Assembly (NCBI GenBank): GCA_934182465.1
Contig: CAKPRG010000006.1
Location: 2,368-66,367 of the forward strand
Source: an uncultured Clostridia bacterium
GTDB taxonomy: Bacteria > Bacillota > Clostridia > TANB77 > CAG-508
Length of the DNA stretch: 64,000 nucleotides
Direction: 5' to 3'
Under the pieces are notes generated by a model. That model did not search any database. It was not told the origin of the DNA and was given only the letters and a program-made list of their open reading frames with translations. The translations under genes were made by a program, and so were the position numbers. This document shows positions 15,170 to 24,706 of this stretch, in pieces (within the stretch, counting starts at the first letter, position 1; each line of letters starts with the position of its first letter).

Positions 15170-18100
15170 TTAATATTTCTTTTTCATTTTATTTAATGTG
15201 CTATTCATACTACTTGAAAAACCATTATTAGGTTTAGAATATGAATTTGTTTGTCTTCCATATGATTGCTTACTTGTTAATGGATACACCATATCTCCAA
15301 GTGTTTTTAATTTATTTATAAAGTTTGATGGATAACTATTATGTGAAACTTTACAATCAACAATAGCTTCCAAATATTTTGAATATGCTTTTTCTTCAAA
15401 TGGAATTACACAATATTTTACCATATCTTTATTAAATAATTCTGTCATAAATGACATTGCTGGATCATTATAGAAAGACATTCCTCCTATTACAGTTTTC
15501 GCTGTTAAACTTCCAACTTTTAATTCTTTATTTATTACAACTCTAACTTTTTCTGGTTCTAATACACCTTTTGTTTTTAAATCTCTTAAAAATGCTGTTA
15601 ATGGTTGTATTGTTAATATGTCTAAAGATTGTACTAAATAAATTTCTTGACAACTTGCAAAATATGCTGCATCTGTATCAAAATCACAATCTATTAATAC
15701 AATTGAATGATTTTGAACTAATGTTGATAAAATAGCTTCTGCATTTGTATATGTTTTTCCATCATTTGGCAATGCTGTATATACTGTTAAATTTCTATCA
15801 ACTTTTATTCCCTCTGCATATCCATTTTCAAGTTTTTCCATTGAATTGTATGCTATTTTTCTAAGTTCTTCTTCATTTTTTGTATATATATAATAAGAAT
15901 TTCTGTTTTTAGTCATATCTAATATTGCTGTATTTATATTTAATGAAGAAAACATTGATGCTAAATTATTTACTAAGAATGATGTTCCATTTTTAGTTGA
16001 ACCTATAAAAGTAACTATTTTTTTGTCTTGTGTTAATAAGCTATTTAAACTTGACATTGAATAGTCTACTTTTGGTTTTAAACTCTCAACTTGACTATTT
16101 GTTGTACCATAATTATTTTGATATGAATTATCTGTATAATCATTGTTGTATGTATTGTAATTGTTGTTTATATTTTGTGAGTTATTATAATCTACACTAC
16201 TATTATCTTGGTATTGATTTGAATAATCATTTTGTAAATTATTATTAGTATAATTATTTTCATACATTTGATTATTATTTTTTTGATTATTCAATAGATT
16301 TCTACTACGAAGTCCTCCACTTTTTACTGTATATGAATGTGTTGGTGCAGGTTGTTGTGTATTATTATTGTTTGCATTATTTACATTATTTGGTTGTGAT
16401 GTATCTGATGGAATTAACTCATCTTCATCATCTTCAAATCCCATACCTGGCAACATTGTTTCTTCATCATTATCATAATTGTTATCTTCCATATCGAAGC
16501 TATCTAATCCTGGAAGTAATCCATCATCAAAATCTTCATAGTCTTCTACTTCTTCACTTCCAAAACTATTTGTGTTTTGATTTTGTTGTTGATTGTTTTG
16601 AGCATATGAATTATTTATAACTTGATTATCTTGATTATTTATGCTGTCATTATTAAAATCATCAGAACTATCTAAATCGTCTAATTCATCTAATCCAGGT
16701 AAAGAAACTTCATCTGTATAATCTTGTTCATCATCAAAATTCATTTCTGGTAATAAACTAGATAAATCATCTGTATTATCTACTGGTTGAATTGTTTCTG
16801 TTTGTTGTTGAATTGGCGTTTGTTGTACATTTTGAGTATTGTTAAATGATTGTGCATTATTAGATTTTGAATTATCTATATATGATACTTCATCATCTTC
16901 TACTCCAGGTAATAAACTTGATAAATCATCTTCATCATAATTATTTGCTGGTTGTGTTTGATTATTATAGTTATTATTTATAACATTTGAATTGTTTTCT
17001 TGTACTTCTGGTATTTCAGGTTCCATTCCAGGTAATTCAAAATCTTCAACTCCTGGTAATAATGTATCATCTGTTTCTTCTAAACCTGGTAATACATCTG
17101 AAGAAGTCTCTTCTACTATTTTTCTAGGTCTTCCTCTTCTTGCTTTTGGTTTATTTTCTTCTTCAACATTAGTTATTTTTCTAGGTCTTCCTCTACCTTT
17201 TTTTACTGGTTCTTGTGTTTCTTCAATACCTGGCAACATATCTTCATACATATCTTGATTTTCTTTTACTACCTCTCTTGATTGTTGTAATTCAGCATTT
17301 CTATTCATTTGATTAATATTAGTATTCGCATTTTGAACTTGATTTTGTGTTACAACATTTTGTGGTTGACTACTTCTAATATTTCTTACTGGTTGCTCCA
17401 TATTAGGTATATTATTTTGTACATTATTAACAGTATTTTCAACTGGTCTTTGTACATTAATATTACTTTGAACAACTCTTCTTGGTTGTTGTGTATTAAC
17501 TTGTGGTGTTGCAGAATTTCTATTTATAGTTCTAACATTTTCACCTTGAATATTAGGTGATTTACTTGTTTTGCTAGTACGAATTGTTGATGGTATAACT
17601 ATAGGTCCATTCATTTGTGGTTTTTCTACATTTTTAATATTGTCTATTCTTAAACCAGCATTTTTTAATTTTTGTTCTGGTGGTATATTAACTCTTGCTC
17701 CACCTGTTACTGACATTATTTCTTGATATTTTGGTGATTTTTCTTCCAACACAGCTTTTACATTTATTGGTAAACAGTTAATTATAATTTTTAACTGTTC
17801 TTCTGTATATTGTGCTGCTATATTATTGAAACTGTCAGCATATCTATCTGTATTTCTACCTAATTTTTTAAAATGTGTTAATATATTTTGAATTTCTAAT
17901 TCACTAACTTCATTTTCATTTTCAGCTCTATAATTTACATCTTCTGTATCTATTTGATAATATTGTTTTGCTTCTTTTTTTCCTCTTGGTCTGTTTATTA
18001 ATTTACAAACTTGTTCCATACTTCTATCGTTTCCAAGAAGTGCATTATAAATTCCTATACCAAATAATTTTAATAATATTGAACTTCCTTTAGTTCTTCT

Positions 18101-18400
18101 CTCTGTACAAATTAAAATTATTGATGTTTCTTTACCTTGATTATCATGTGCTTCATCGCTAATACTATCTAATCGATCAAAAATAAATTTATCTATTGTA
18201 TCATAATTGTTATTTGCCAAAGGCTCTAAATCTTCACTTATAACAATTCTATCATAAGTTTTATCTTTTTGTATCTCTTTTAATATTGCGTTGAAGTAAT
18301 AAACATTTTTATAAGATAAAATTTCCTTATATTCTTTCTGATATCTTTTAATTATTTTTTCAGAAATTTCTTCACTACTTACTGCAAATAAAACTTTCAT
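15170..18400 (-). CDS. 1076-aa multidomain protein: pseudo-receiver N-terminus, two AT-hooks, repeated LPG[ILVM][ED] motifs in a long N/Q/D/E-rich region, C-terminal ParA/MinD-like domain with a degenerate Walker A
   Basis: KKGRGRPRKI and ARRGRPRKIV; MLPGIEE, VLPGLEE, LLPGVED (x2), ELPGMEP, SLPGLDE, LLPGLDS, MLPGMGF; C-terminus VTFIGSTKNGTSFLVNNLA...VLIDCDFD. Strong GGAGGGG RBS. Confidence 0.7.
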   Translation of the reverse strand: MKVLFAVSSEEISEKIIKRYQKEYKEILSYKNVYYFNAILKEIQKDKTYDRIVISEDLEPLANNNYDTIDKFIFDRLDSISDEAHDNQGKETSIILICTERRTKGSSILLKLFGIGIYNALLGNDRSMEQVCKLINRPRGKKEAKQYYQIDTEDVNYRAENENEVSELEIQNILTHFKKLGRNTDRYADSFNNIAAQYTEEQLKIIINCLPINVKAVLEEKSPKYQEIMSVTGGARVNIPPEQKLKNAGLRIDNIKNVEKPQMNGPIVIPSTIRTSKTSKSPNIQGENVRTINRNSATPQVNTQQPRRVVQSNINVQRPVENTVNNVQNNIPNMEQPVRNIRSSQPQNVVTQNQVQNANTNINQMNRNAELQQSREVVKENQDMYEDMLPGIEETQEPVKKGRGRPRKITNVEEENKPKARRGRPRKIVEETSSDVLPGLEETDDTLLPGVEDFELPGMEPEIPEVQENNSNVINNNYNNQTQPANNYDEDDLSSLLPGVEDDEVSYIDNSKSNNAQSFNNTQNVQQTPIQQQTETIQPVDNTDDLSSLLPEMNFDDEQDYTDEVSLPGLDELDDLDSSDDFNNDSINNQDNQVINNSYAQNNQQQNQNTNSFGSEEVEDYEDFDDGLLPGLDSFDMEDNNYDNDEETMLPGMGFEDDEDELIPSDTSQPNNVNNANNNNTQQPAPTHSYTVKSGGLRSRNLLNNQKNNNQMYENNYTNNNLQNDYSNQYQDNSSVDYNNSQNINNNYNTYNNDYTDNSYQNNYGTTNSQVESLKPKVDYSMSSLNSLLTQDKKIVTFIGSTKNGTSFLVNNLASMFSSLNINTAILDMTKNRNSYYIYTKNEEELRKIAYNSMEKLENGYAEGIKVDRNLTVYTALPNDGKTYTNAEAILSTLVQNHSIVLIDCDFDTDAAYFASCQEIYLVQSLDILTIQPLTAFLRDLKTKGVLEPEKVRVVINKELKVGSLTAKTVIGGMSFYNDPAMSFMTELFNKDMVKYCVIPFEEKAYSKYLEAIVDCKVSHNSYPSNFINKLKTLGDMVYPLTSKQSYGRQTNSYSKPNNGFSSSMNSTLNKMKKKY

Positions 18401-18403
18401 TCG

Positions 18404-18814
18404 TTAACCCCTCCAACCATTTACTACTATAGCAAAAATTAATGGTAGAACTTGACATATTAATAATATTGTTACAAAAGTTATTATTAAAGCAAATCCT
18501 TTATCTCTTACATCTAATTTTCTTATTCCTATTACATACTGGTAAATAGAACCAATTGCGATTCCTACAAAGCAAAATGGTATGCTATATACTCTGACTG
18601 CTGCTAAAATATATGCAGCAATTCCATATGGTGTTGATCCGTACTTTTCAATGTATTCGCTCACAGTTGCTTTTGTTGATTCTTTCATTTGTACAAGTTC
18701 TGTTGTTTGTTCTGAATTTAATACATTCTCTCCTGAAGCTGTAACTGCAAATACACCTACTGAACCAAGCATAATAAATACAATTATTGCGATAATTCCA
18801 ACTTTTTTTAGCAT
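18404..18814 (-). CDS. Small membrane protein (signal/anchor plus 2-3 TM)
   Basis: 136 aa. Its stop is 3 nt from the start of the 1076-aa gene, so the two appear co-transcribed. Confidence 0.6.
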   Translation of the reverse strand: MLKKVGIIAIIVFIMLGSVGVFAVTASGENVLNSEQTTELVQMKESTKATVSEYIEKYGSTPYGIAAYILAAVRVYSIPFCFVGIAIGSIYQYVIGIRKLDVRDKGFALIITFVTILLICQVLPLIFAIVVNGWRG

Positions 18815-19025
18815 ATCTATTTTTTCCTCCTTTAGGCTATTCCCTAAATTTTTCTACTTATATATAATACAATATTATCAGAAAAATATCAACCTTAAAT
18901 TATTAATTTTCTCAATATTTTTTGCTGTTTAGCATATATATCAATATATATTTTGTATAACTTTTCATAAATATTGTTTTTAAATAACCTTTAATTACCT
19001 TTTACTAATTATTTAGTTATGTATT

Positions 19026-20228
19026 TTATAAATTATTATATAAATATTTCATCCATTTATATACTGAATTTGCCCAATTTTTATCCGAAGCATATCTCCT
19101 GTTTACAGCAGATAGGTCGCTTCCACTATAAAATTTTCCATTTGCGATGTTTCCATCATATATTTCTGTACCCTCTGGATTCAAATAATATTTTGTTAAA
19201 ACTCTTGCTACTAAATCAATTCCTTCATTATATGAACCAAATGAATATGCTCCTCCGTATGGATTGCTATCTACTGCACCATATCCAAACAAATTATTTT
19301 TATTTTTAGCAATTGTAGATGTTCCCCAACCACTTTCATGTACTGCAACAGCAGCCAAAAATACTCCATTAATTTTGTATTGTTTCTCTGCATAATAAAA
19401 ATACTCTGCATTATTAGTAAATACATTATTTTTGTCATTTGAATCATTTTCTAAAATTTTTTTGAATTGTGCTAATGATAAGTCACTTGGTGTATTCAAA
19501 TCCATATCAAAGCTTAAATTTTGCATTAAATCAGCTTTAGATTTTTCGTTTTCTTGTACTTCTTGACTACTTGCATTTGGATTTTTATTAGTAACACAAT
19601 TTTTATCTATGTAACCTTTTCTTTCTTTTGATGAAATATAATACCAATCATCTAAAATTTCTAATATTTTTACTTCTGAATCTTTAGAAAGTGTACATAC
19701 TTTTTCACTATCTTTTGAAGGTTCTAATTTTACTGATAATGTAGTAGGTGTAACATAACACACATCACCAACTTTTGCCTTATAACTACTCTTTTTATTT
19801 CCAGTACCAATTTCAACAATTTTATCAATTGATGGTTTTAATATGTAATCTGCTACAATTTCTTCAGATATTAAATTTCCATTTTCTATTTTCTTTATAG
19901 CAATAACTTTTTGTTTTCCATCTTTTCCTTCTTGAAGAACTTGCATAGTTCCTTTTGGTAAATTATTATTATTTTTATATTCTGTATTGTATTCCAAATC
20001 AATTTCTTCTATATTCATTTCTTCAGTAACATTACTAGATGTATTTTGCTCCAATATTTCTTCAATTTTTATTGGATTTACATTCTTTTTTAATGTGTTA
20101 CTATAAGTTTCATTTTTTTCTATAGCTTGTATCTTTTTAGAGTAAAACATTACTATAAATATTAAAAATAAAACAAAAAATACAAATATTAATTTAATTT
20201 TTTTAGTTTTTATTAATATTTTTTTCAT
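19026..20228 (-). CDS. Secreted peptidoglycan hydrolase: G5-like + SH3-like + GH73 N-acetylglucosaminidase domains
   Basis: Signal anchor; GTMQVLQEGKDGKQKV (G5-like); CYVTPTTLSVKLEPS...WYYIS (SH3-like); FLAAVAVHESGWGTSTIAKNKNNLFGYGA (glucosaminidase). Confidence 0.8.
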   Translation of the reverse strand: MKKILIKTKKIKLIFVFFVLFLIFIVMFYSKKIQAIEKNETYSNTLKKNVNPIKIEEILEQNTSSNVTEEMNIEEIDLEYNTEYKNNNNLPKGTMQVLQEGKDGKQKVIAIKKIENGNLISEEIVADYILKPSIDKIVEIGTGNKKSSYKAKVGDVCYVTPTTLSVKLEPSKDSEKVCTLSKDSEVKILEILDDWYYISSKERKGYIDKNCVTNKNPNASSQEVQENEKSKADLMQNLSFDMDLNTPSDLSLAQFKKILENDSNDKNNVFTNNAEYFYYAEKQYKINGVFLAAVAVHESGWGTSTIAKNKNNLFGYGAVDSNPYGGAYSFGSYNEGIDLVARVLTKYYLNPEGTEIYDGNIANGKFYSGSDLSAVNRRYASDKNWANSVYKWMKYLYNNL

Positions 20229-20380
20229 ATGTAAACCTCCAATATTATTGTAATATTAATCAATTTTTTTGTCAATTTTAAAATTTTCCTTTTATTTTTT
20301 TCAATAATTTCTATTGATAAAATTTCAAATTTCTTATAAAATTTATTTAGATTTTTATAATTTAAAGGAGTGGCACTATT

Positions 20381-21178
20381 TTGAAAAAAAAGCTAACATT
20401 TATTTTAATTTTAATAATTGAAATTTTATTGCTTATTGCTATTTCAATCATTAGTTATAAATTTATTTACTTAAATATAAAGAACAAATCTATTGTTACC
20501 AATTCTTATATTTCTTTTTATAATAAAAACAAATCAAATGATTTTACTATTTCCAAAATAATTGCTTATAGTAATGCATACGGAAAAAGTAAAAATACTA
20601 ATTTTAATGATAGCAATTGGAATTTAGAAATTTATCAATATACAGATTTTGCAATTTATATTAATTCAAATTCTAATAATTTTATTAAAAAAATTTGGAT
20701 AGATTCTTTAAATATAGTTACACCAGTTTTGGGTAAAGTTTCATTGTATTACGAAGATGCTTTAAAATTTGGAACAGAGTATATTAATTCAGAATTTCCT
20801 TTTACAGATTCACTTGAATTCACAGTTTTAAATGATAAAAATGAAGATAACTCTATTAAATATAATACGCCTATCTTTTTTGCAGATTGTTCTACACCAT
20901 TAACTTTAAAATATGTTAATACAGTATCTAGTAATTTATCTTTAAAAAACACAAATTCACTTGTACAAAACGGAACTATTTTAAATAATTTAATAAAAGA
21001 CACTTCTGTAATTGATTCAAAAGTATCTTTTTGTATACATTTATTAGATAACAATAATGTAGAATACAAATCTATGATTACTCTAAATATGCCACTTTCA
21101 AATGACAAAGGTTCTATTTTAACACAAGGTAATATTTTAAAAACTGATAACAATTTGAATATCAGTTTTATTAAATAA
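20381..21178 (+). CDS. Membrane-anchored extracytoplasmic hypothetical protein
   Basis: 265 aa, TTG start after AAAGGAG, N-terminal TM helix. The rest looks beta-rich and has no recognisable motifs. Confidence 0.55.
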   Translation: MKKKLTFILILIIEILLLIAISIISYKFIYLNIKNKSIVTNSYISFYNKNKSNDFTISKIIAYSNAYGKSKNTNFNDSNWNLEIYQYTDFAIYINSNSNNFIKKIWIDSLNIVTPVLGKVSLYYEDALKFGTEYINSEFPFTDSLEFTVLNDKNEDNSIKYNTPIFFADCSTPLTLKYVNTVSSNLSLKNTNSLVQNGTILNNLIKDTSVIDSKVSFCIHLLDNNNVEYKSMITLNMPLSNDKGSILTQGNILKTDNNLNISFIK

Positions 21179-21195
21179 AATTTAAAAGCTTAATT

Positions 21196-21238
21196 AAAAG
21201 AGAGTTTAAATTTAATAAAAATTCAAACTCTCTTTTTT
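21196..21238. terminator. Bidirectional hairpin terminator between convergent genes
   Basis: AAAAGAGAGTTT-(17 nt)-AAACTCTCTTTT followed by TT. Confidence 0.7.
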
Positions 21239-21255
21239 ATTTCAAAATTTCTAAA

Positions 21256-21837
21256 TTATTTTTTCTTTTTAAAAAAGTTTCGTATTTTTGCAAATAAACC
21301 TTGCTTTTTTTCTATTTTTTGAGGATATTTTTCTTCAATATTGCTTGTTTCTTCTATTTTATTTTCTATTGGTTCGTTTTCTTGTTCTTGTGTAGCAAAT
21401 TTTGTTACAGTTCTTGGTTTACTATAATCTTCTTTTTCTTCTAAATCATCTAAAGATGTAACTACTTTTGCAGATGGATTATTAAATAATTTTTCAACAC
21501 TAAATTGTTCACGTAATTGTTCTTCAAATTTATCTTGATTTTCTTGCATTTTTGCTATTAATTCTGCTTTTCTTTCTTCATTTTCGCACCAATATTTAAC
21601 ATGCAATATCGCAATTACTTCTAAAGTATACTTTTTTAATCCTTGACTTTGAAGTGGTCTATGTGGATCAACATAAACTTCATAATTTGGATCTTTTATA
21701 TTAGAAAAAAAATCAAGTAATTTTTTTGGTATTTTTTCTATATATTTTTCGTTCATATGATGAATTATATAATCTACTTCAGCATATGCTTGTATATCTT
21801 CTAAAGTAATTATTACACTCATTTGATTTTCCCCCAT
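21256..21837 (-). CDS. Hypothetical acidic protein
   Basis: 193-aa ORF with no motif recognised. Confidence 0.45.
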   Translation of the reverse strand: MGENQMSVIITLEDIQAYAEVDYIIHHMNEKYIEKIPKKLLDFFSNIKDPNYEVYVDPHRPLQSQGLKKYTLEVIAILHVKYWCENEERKAELIAKMQENQDKFEEQLREQFSVEKLFNNPSAKVVTSLDDLEEKEDYSKPRTVTKFATQEQENEPIENKIEETSNIEEKYPQKIEKKQGLFAKIRNFFKKKK

Positions 21838-21848
21838 TATCTTTTGTA

Positions 21849-22295
21849 TTATTTTTCTACACTTTCTTTGTTTTTGTCTATATCATTTCCTATTTCTGTT
21901 TGTCCATTTTCTAATATGTCATTCACTATTTCTGTAACACTTCTAGGATCTTTTTCTAATGCTTTTTGTTGTTCATTAACTTTTTTTCCGGCTTCCATTG
22001 TTTCATTTAGATTAGAATTTTCTACATTTTCTAAAGAAGCTTCAAACATAGCATTTTTTGTTTCAGCATTTATTTCTAATTTATACATTGCTATCAATAT
22101 TAGTCTTTGAGTAACACATTCCATTTTTTCTTCATCAGACCAGCCTTCAAATGTATATGTACCTTCTAAAGTTGGTGCTTTTTCTGGTTGTTCACCTTTA
22201 TATTTTACGCTATCACCATACTTTACAAATTGTCTATCTAATACAGTTAATTTATCATCATCTAAAAAAATAACTTCTATTTGTTCATTTTCCAT
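21849..22295 (-). CDS. Hypothetical protein with one Listeria-Bacteroides (Flg_new)-like beta repeat at the N-terminus
   Basis: VIFLDDDKLTVLDRQFVKYGDSVKYKGEQPEKAPTLEGTYTFEGWSDE resembles the ...G..F.GW repeat. Confidence 0.4.
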   Translation of the reverse strand: MENEQIEVIFLDDDKLTVLDRQFVKYGDSVKYKGEQPEKAPTLEGTYTFEGWSDEEKMECVTQRLILIAMYKLEINAETKNAMFEASLENVENSNLNETMEAGKKVNEQQKALEKDPRSVTEIVNDILENGQTEIGNDIDKNKESVEK

Positions 22296-22442
22296 AGTAT
22301 CACCTACTTCTTTTGTATATTAATATATTGTGATTATATTATTAATTAAATTTATTTGCAATAGTTTTTTACAAATAAAAAAAAGATACAGCCAAAACTA
22401 TATCTTTTTTTGAATATATACTTTATATTATATAATTCTTAA

Positions 22443-22721
22443 TTAATCTTGATTAACTAAATCTTTTAATGCTTTTCCAGCTTTAAATACTGGAGCTTTT
22501 GATGCAGGTATTTTAATTTCTTCTTTAGTTTGTGGGTTTCTTCCTTTTCTAGCTGCTCTTTTTCTAACTTCAAAAGATCCAAATCCAACTAATTGAACTT
22601 TGTCTCCTTTTTTTAGAGAATCAGTAACAACATCTACAAAAGCGTTAACTGTTTCTTCAGCACTTTTTTTAGTTTCACCTGTTTTAGCAGCTATTGCTGC
22701 GATTAATTCAGCTTTGTTCAT
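22443..22721 (-). CDS. hup: DNA-binding protein HU
   Basis: [15 protein letters not shown]...[46 protein letters not shown]. Confidence 0.95.
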   Translation of the reverse strand: MNKAELIAAIAAKTGETKKSAEETVNAFVDVVTDSLKKGDKVQLVGFGSFEVRKRAARKGRNPQTKEEIKIPASKAPVFKAGKALKDLVNQD

Positions 22722-22920
22722 TTTAAATTACCTCCTAATAGTGTTTAGTATGTAGAAACTATTACTTTTTTATTCTACAATATCAATATTCGCCAACTCC
22801 TTTTAAAATCCTTCTTTTTTTTGAATTATTTTTATTTTTTCTCTTATTTTTCAACATTTTTTGTGTTTTTGTAATATTTTTGTAATATAATTTGCTATTT
22901 TTTTAATATTTTCATACATT

Positions 22921-24519
22921 TCAATAAATAATTTTTGAAATTTTTTCTCCATTTGGTAACATCTGAATTTCTTCTTTCGAAAATATTTTTAACATAATTA
23001 CACTAATAGTATAAAAAATTATTGCACTTAATATTGATATTATAATTGTATATTTCTCATATATTCCATTTTTTATAAGTAAAAAGTATACAATTTTCGA
23101 AAAATACATCATTATCATTCCAGCTATTAATGGTTTTATTATAAATTTTGATAATTTAACTTCTAATTTACAACTTTTTTTCAAATTAAACCATACTATT
23201 ATAAATATTGTTGCATAACAACAAATTGTACTTATAATAGCTCCTTTTTCTAATAAATTACTATTTTGTAAAAATAACATATTTCCAATAAACTTTACTA
23301 TACAGCCACAAAACAAAGCAAATGTTGTTATTTTTAATTTTCCCAATCCTTGTAATGCTCCATTTATTGTTTGTACTAGTATTTCAAAAGGAATTACAAA
23401 AACAGCTAATCTTAGCAATTCAGCCCCATTATTTGCTTTTGGAAATAAAAGACTTAAAATTTCATCTGAATATGCATATAATCCTATCATTGACGGTATA
23501 GCTATTAAAATAGATATTAATAAAGAAAATGAAATTTTACTTTTAATTTCATTTTTTCTATTATTTACTTTCGCACTTGCTATTTCTGGTATTAAAGCAA
23601 CTGAAAAAGCCATATTGAAACTAAGTGGTACTGTTAATAGCACATCAATTTTTGATGTCAAAATTCCATATTTTATTTGAGCAAGTTCTTCTCCTAAAAC
23701 TGGTTTTAATAATCTAACAACAGTAACTGCATCAATATTTTTATTTAATGCTAGCAATAACGAACCTATTGCTAGTGGAATAGAAACTTTTGCTATATTT
23801 ATTAAAATTTTATAAACACTTTCTGATTTGCATAAACTAAAATTTTTAAATTTCATATTTTTTCTTACTTTTATTAGTAAAAAGCATAAATAATTAACAG
23901 ATAGCATTGTTGCCAAACTTGTAGCTAAATTTGCTCCTGCTGCCATATATTCTGTATTTTTTCCACTAATATTTCCTATTAACTCAACAATTGCAATTGT
24001 TAATACCATTTTAAAAAATTGTTCTATACTTTGAGCTTTAGCAGTATTGTAAATTTCTCTTCTTCCATTAAAATATCCTTCAATAACGCTTGAAATAGAA
24101 ACAAAAAATACTGCAGGAGATAAAAACATAAGTGTAAATTTAGCTTCTGGAATCTGCAGTAATGTATTTGCAATATAATCAGCTCCCATAAACAATATTG
24201 CAGTTCCTAAAAAACCTAAAATAGCAAATTCCGTGAAAGCTACTTTAAAAATTTTATCAGCACCTTTTATATCATTACAAGCTAATTTTTCAGACACTAA
24301 TTTTGATATTGCATTTGGAACACCAATTGATGAAATAGTTAAAAACAAAGCAAAAATTTGATAGCCACTAATATAAATTGCATTTCCGCTATCTCCAAAT
24401 CCATCTTTATTTACTAAATATAGACTATATATCATTCCAAAAATTTTTACTATAATCTGTGAAATAATAAGTGAAATTACTCCTTTTATAAAGTTATTTT
24501 TCTTCTTCGTAAAAATCAT
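22921..24519 (-). CDS. MOP-superfamily flippase (SpoVB / MurJ-like polysaccharide biosynthesis protein)
   Basis: 532 aa, about 14 TM segments, with the N-terminus FIKGVISLIISQIIVKIFGMIYSLYL typical of SpoVB/MurJ. Confidence 0.7.
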   Translation of the reverse strand: MIFTKKKNNFIKGVISLIISQIIVKIFGMIYSLYLVNKDGFGDSGNAIYISGYQIFALFLTISSIGVPNAISKLVSEKLACNDIKGADKIFKVAFTEFAILGFLGTAILFMGADYIANTLLQIPEAKFTLMFLSPAVFFVSISSVIEGYFNGRREIYNTAKAQSIEQFFKMVLTIAIVELIGNISGKNTEYMAAGANLATSLATMLSVNYLCFLLIKVRKNMKFKNFSLCKSESVYKILINIAKVSIPLAIGSLLLALNKNIDAVTVVRLLKPVLGEELAQIKYGILTSKIDVLLTVPLSFNMAFSVALIPEIASAKVNNRKNEIKSKISFSLLISILIAIPSMIGLYAYSDEILSLLFPKANNGAELLRLAVFVIPFEILVQTINGALQGLGKLKITTFALFCGCIVKFIGNMLFLQNSNLLEKGAIISTICCYATIFIIVWFNLKKSCKLEVKLSKFIIKPLIAGMIMMYFSKIVYFLLIKNGIYEKYTIIISILSAIIFYTISVIMLKIFSKEEIQMLPNGEKISKIIY

Positions 24520-24706
24520 TCCTTTCTCACTTATTTTTCTTTTATTCTATTTATACATTTGTATTTCAAATATATTACAAATTTTTTTGGGAATTTCCCA
24601 CCAAAAACCCCTAAAAACTTTGTTTTTTTCTGCAAAAACTCTTGTTTTTTTTTCAATTTTATAAGATAATATAAGTGTATAATTTTTAGCGAAAGTGGTG
24701 AATTAA

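Noticed and set aside
16030-17560. Four plus-strand ORFs (16030-16248, 16333-16620, 16992-17258, 17309-17560)
   Set aside because: All are antisense to the 1076-aa gene's low-complexity region. Their repetitive Y/L/N/H composition mirrors the sense-strand N/Q/D repeats, so they are shadow ORFs.
18404-18814. VirB2/TrbC-like pilin that would link the PG hydrolase and the T4CP-like gene into a T4SS
   Set aside because: The only support is size and topology (signal sequence plus two hydrophobic helices). The gene is tightly linked to the ireB-ruvX-containing transcription unit, not to the T4CP-like gene, and no VirB4 or VirB6 is present.
20749-21153. 134-aa minus-strand ORF inside 20381-21178
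   Set aside because: The plus-strand ORF is longer, has an RBS and an N-terminal TM anchor, and is followed by a terminator. The minus-strand ORF has none of these.
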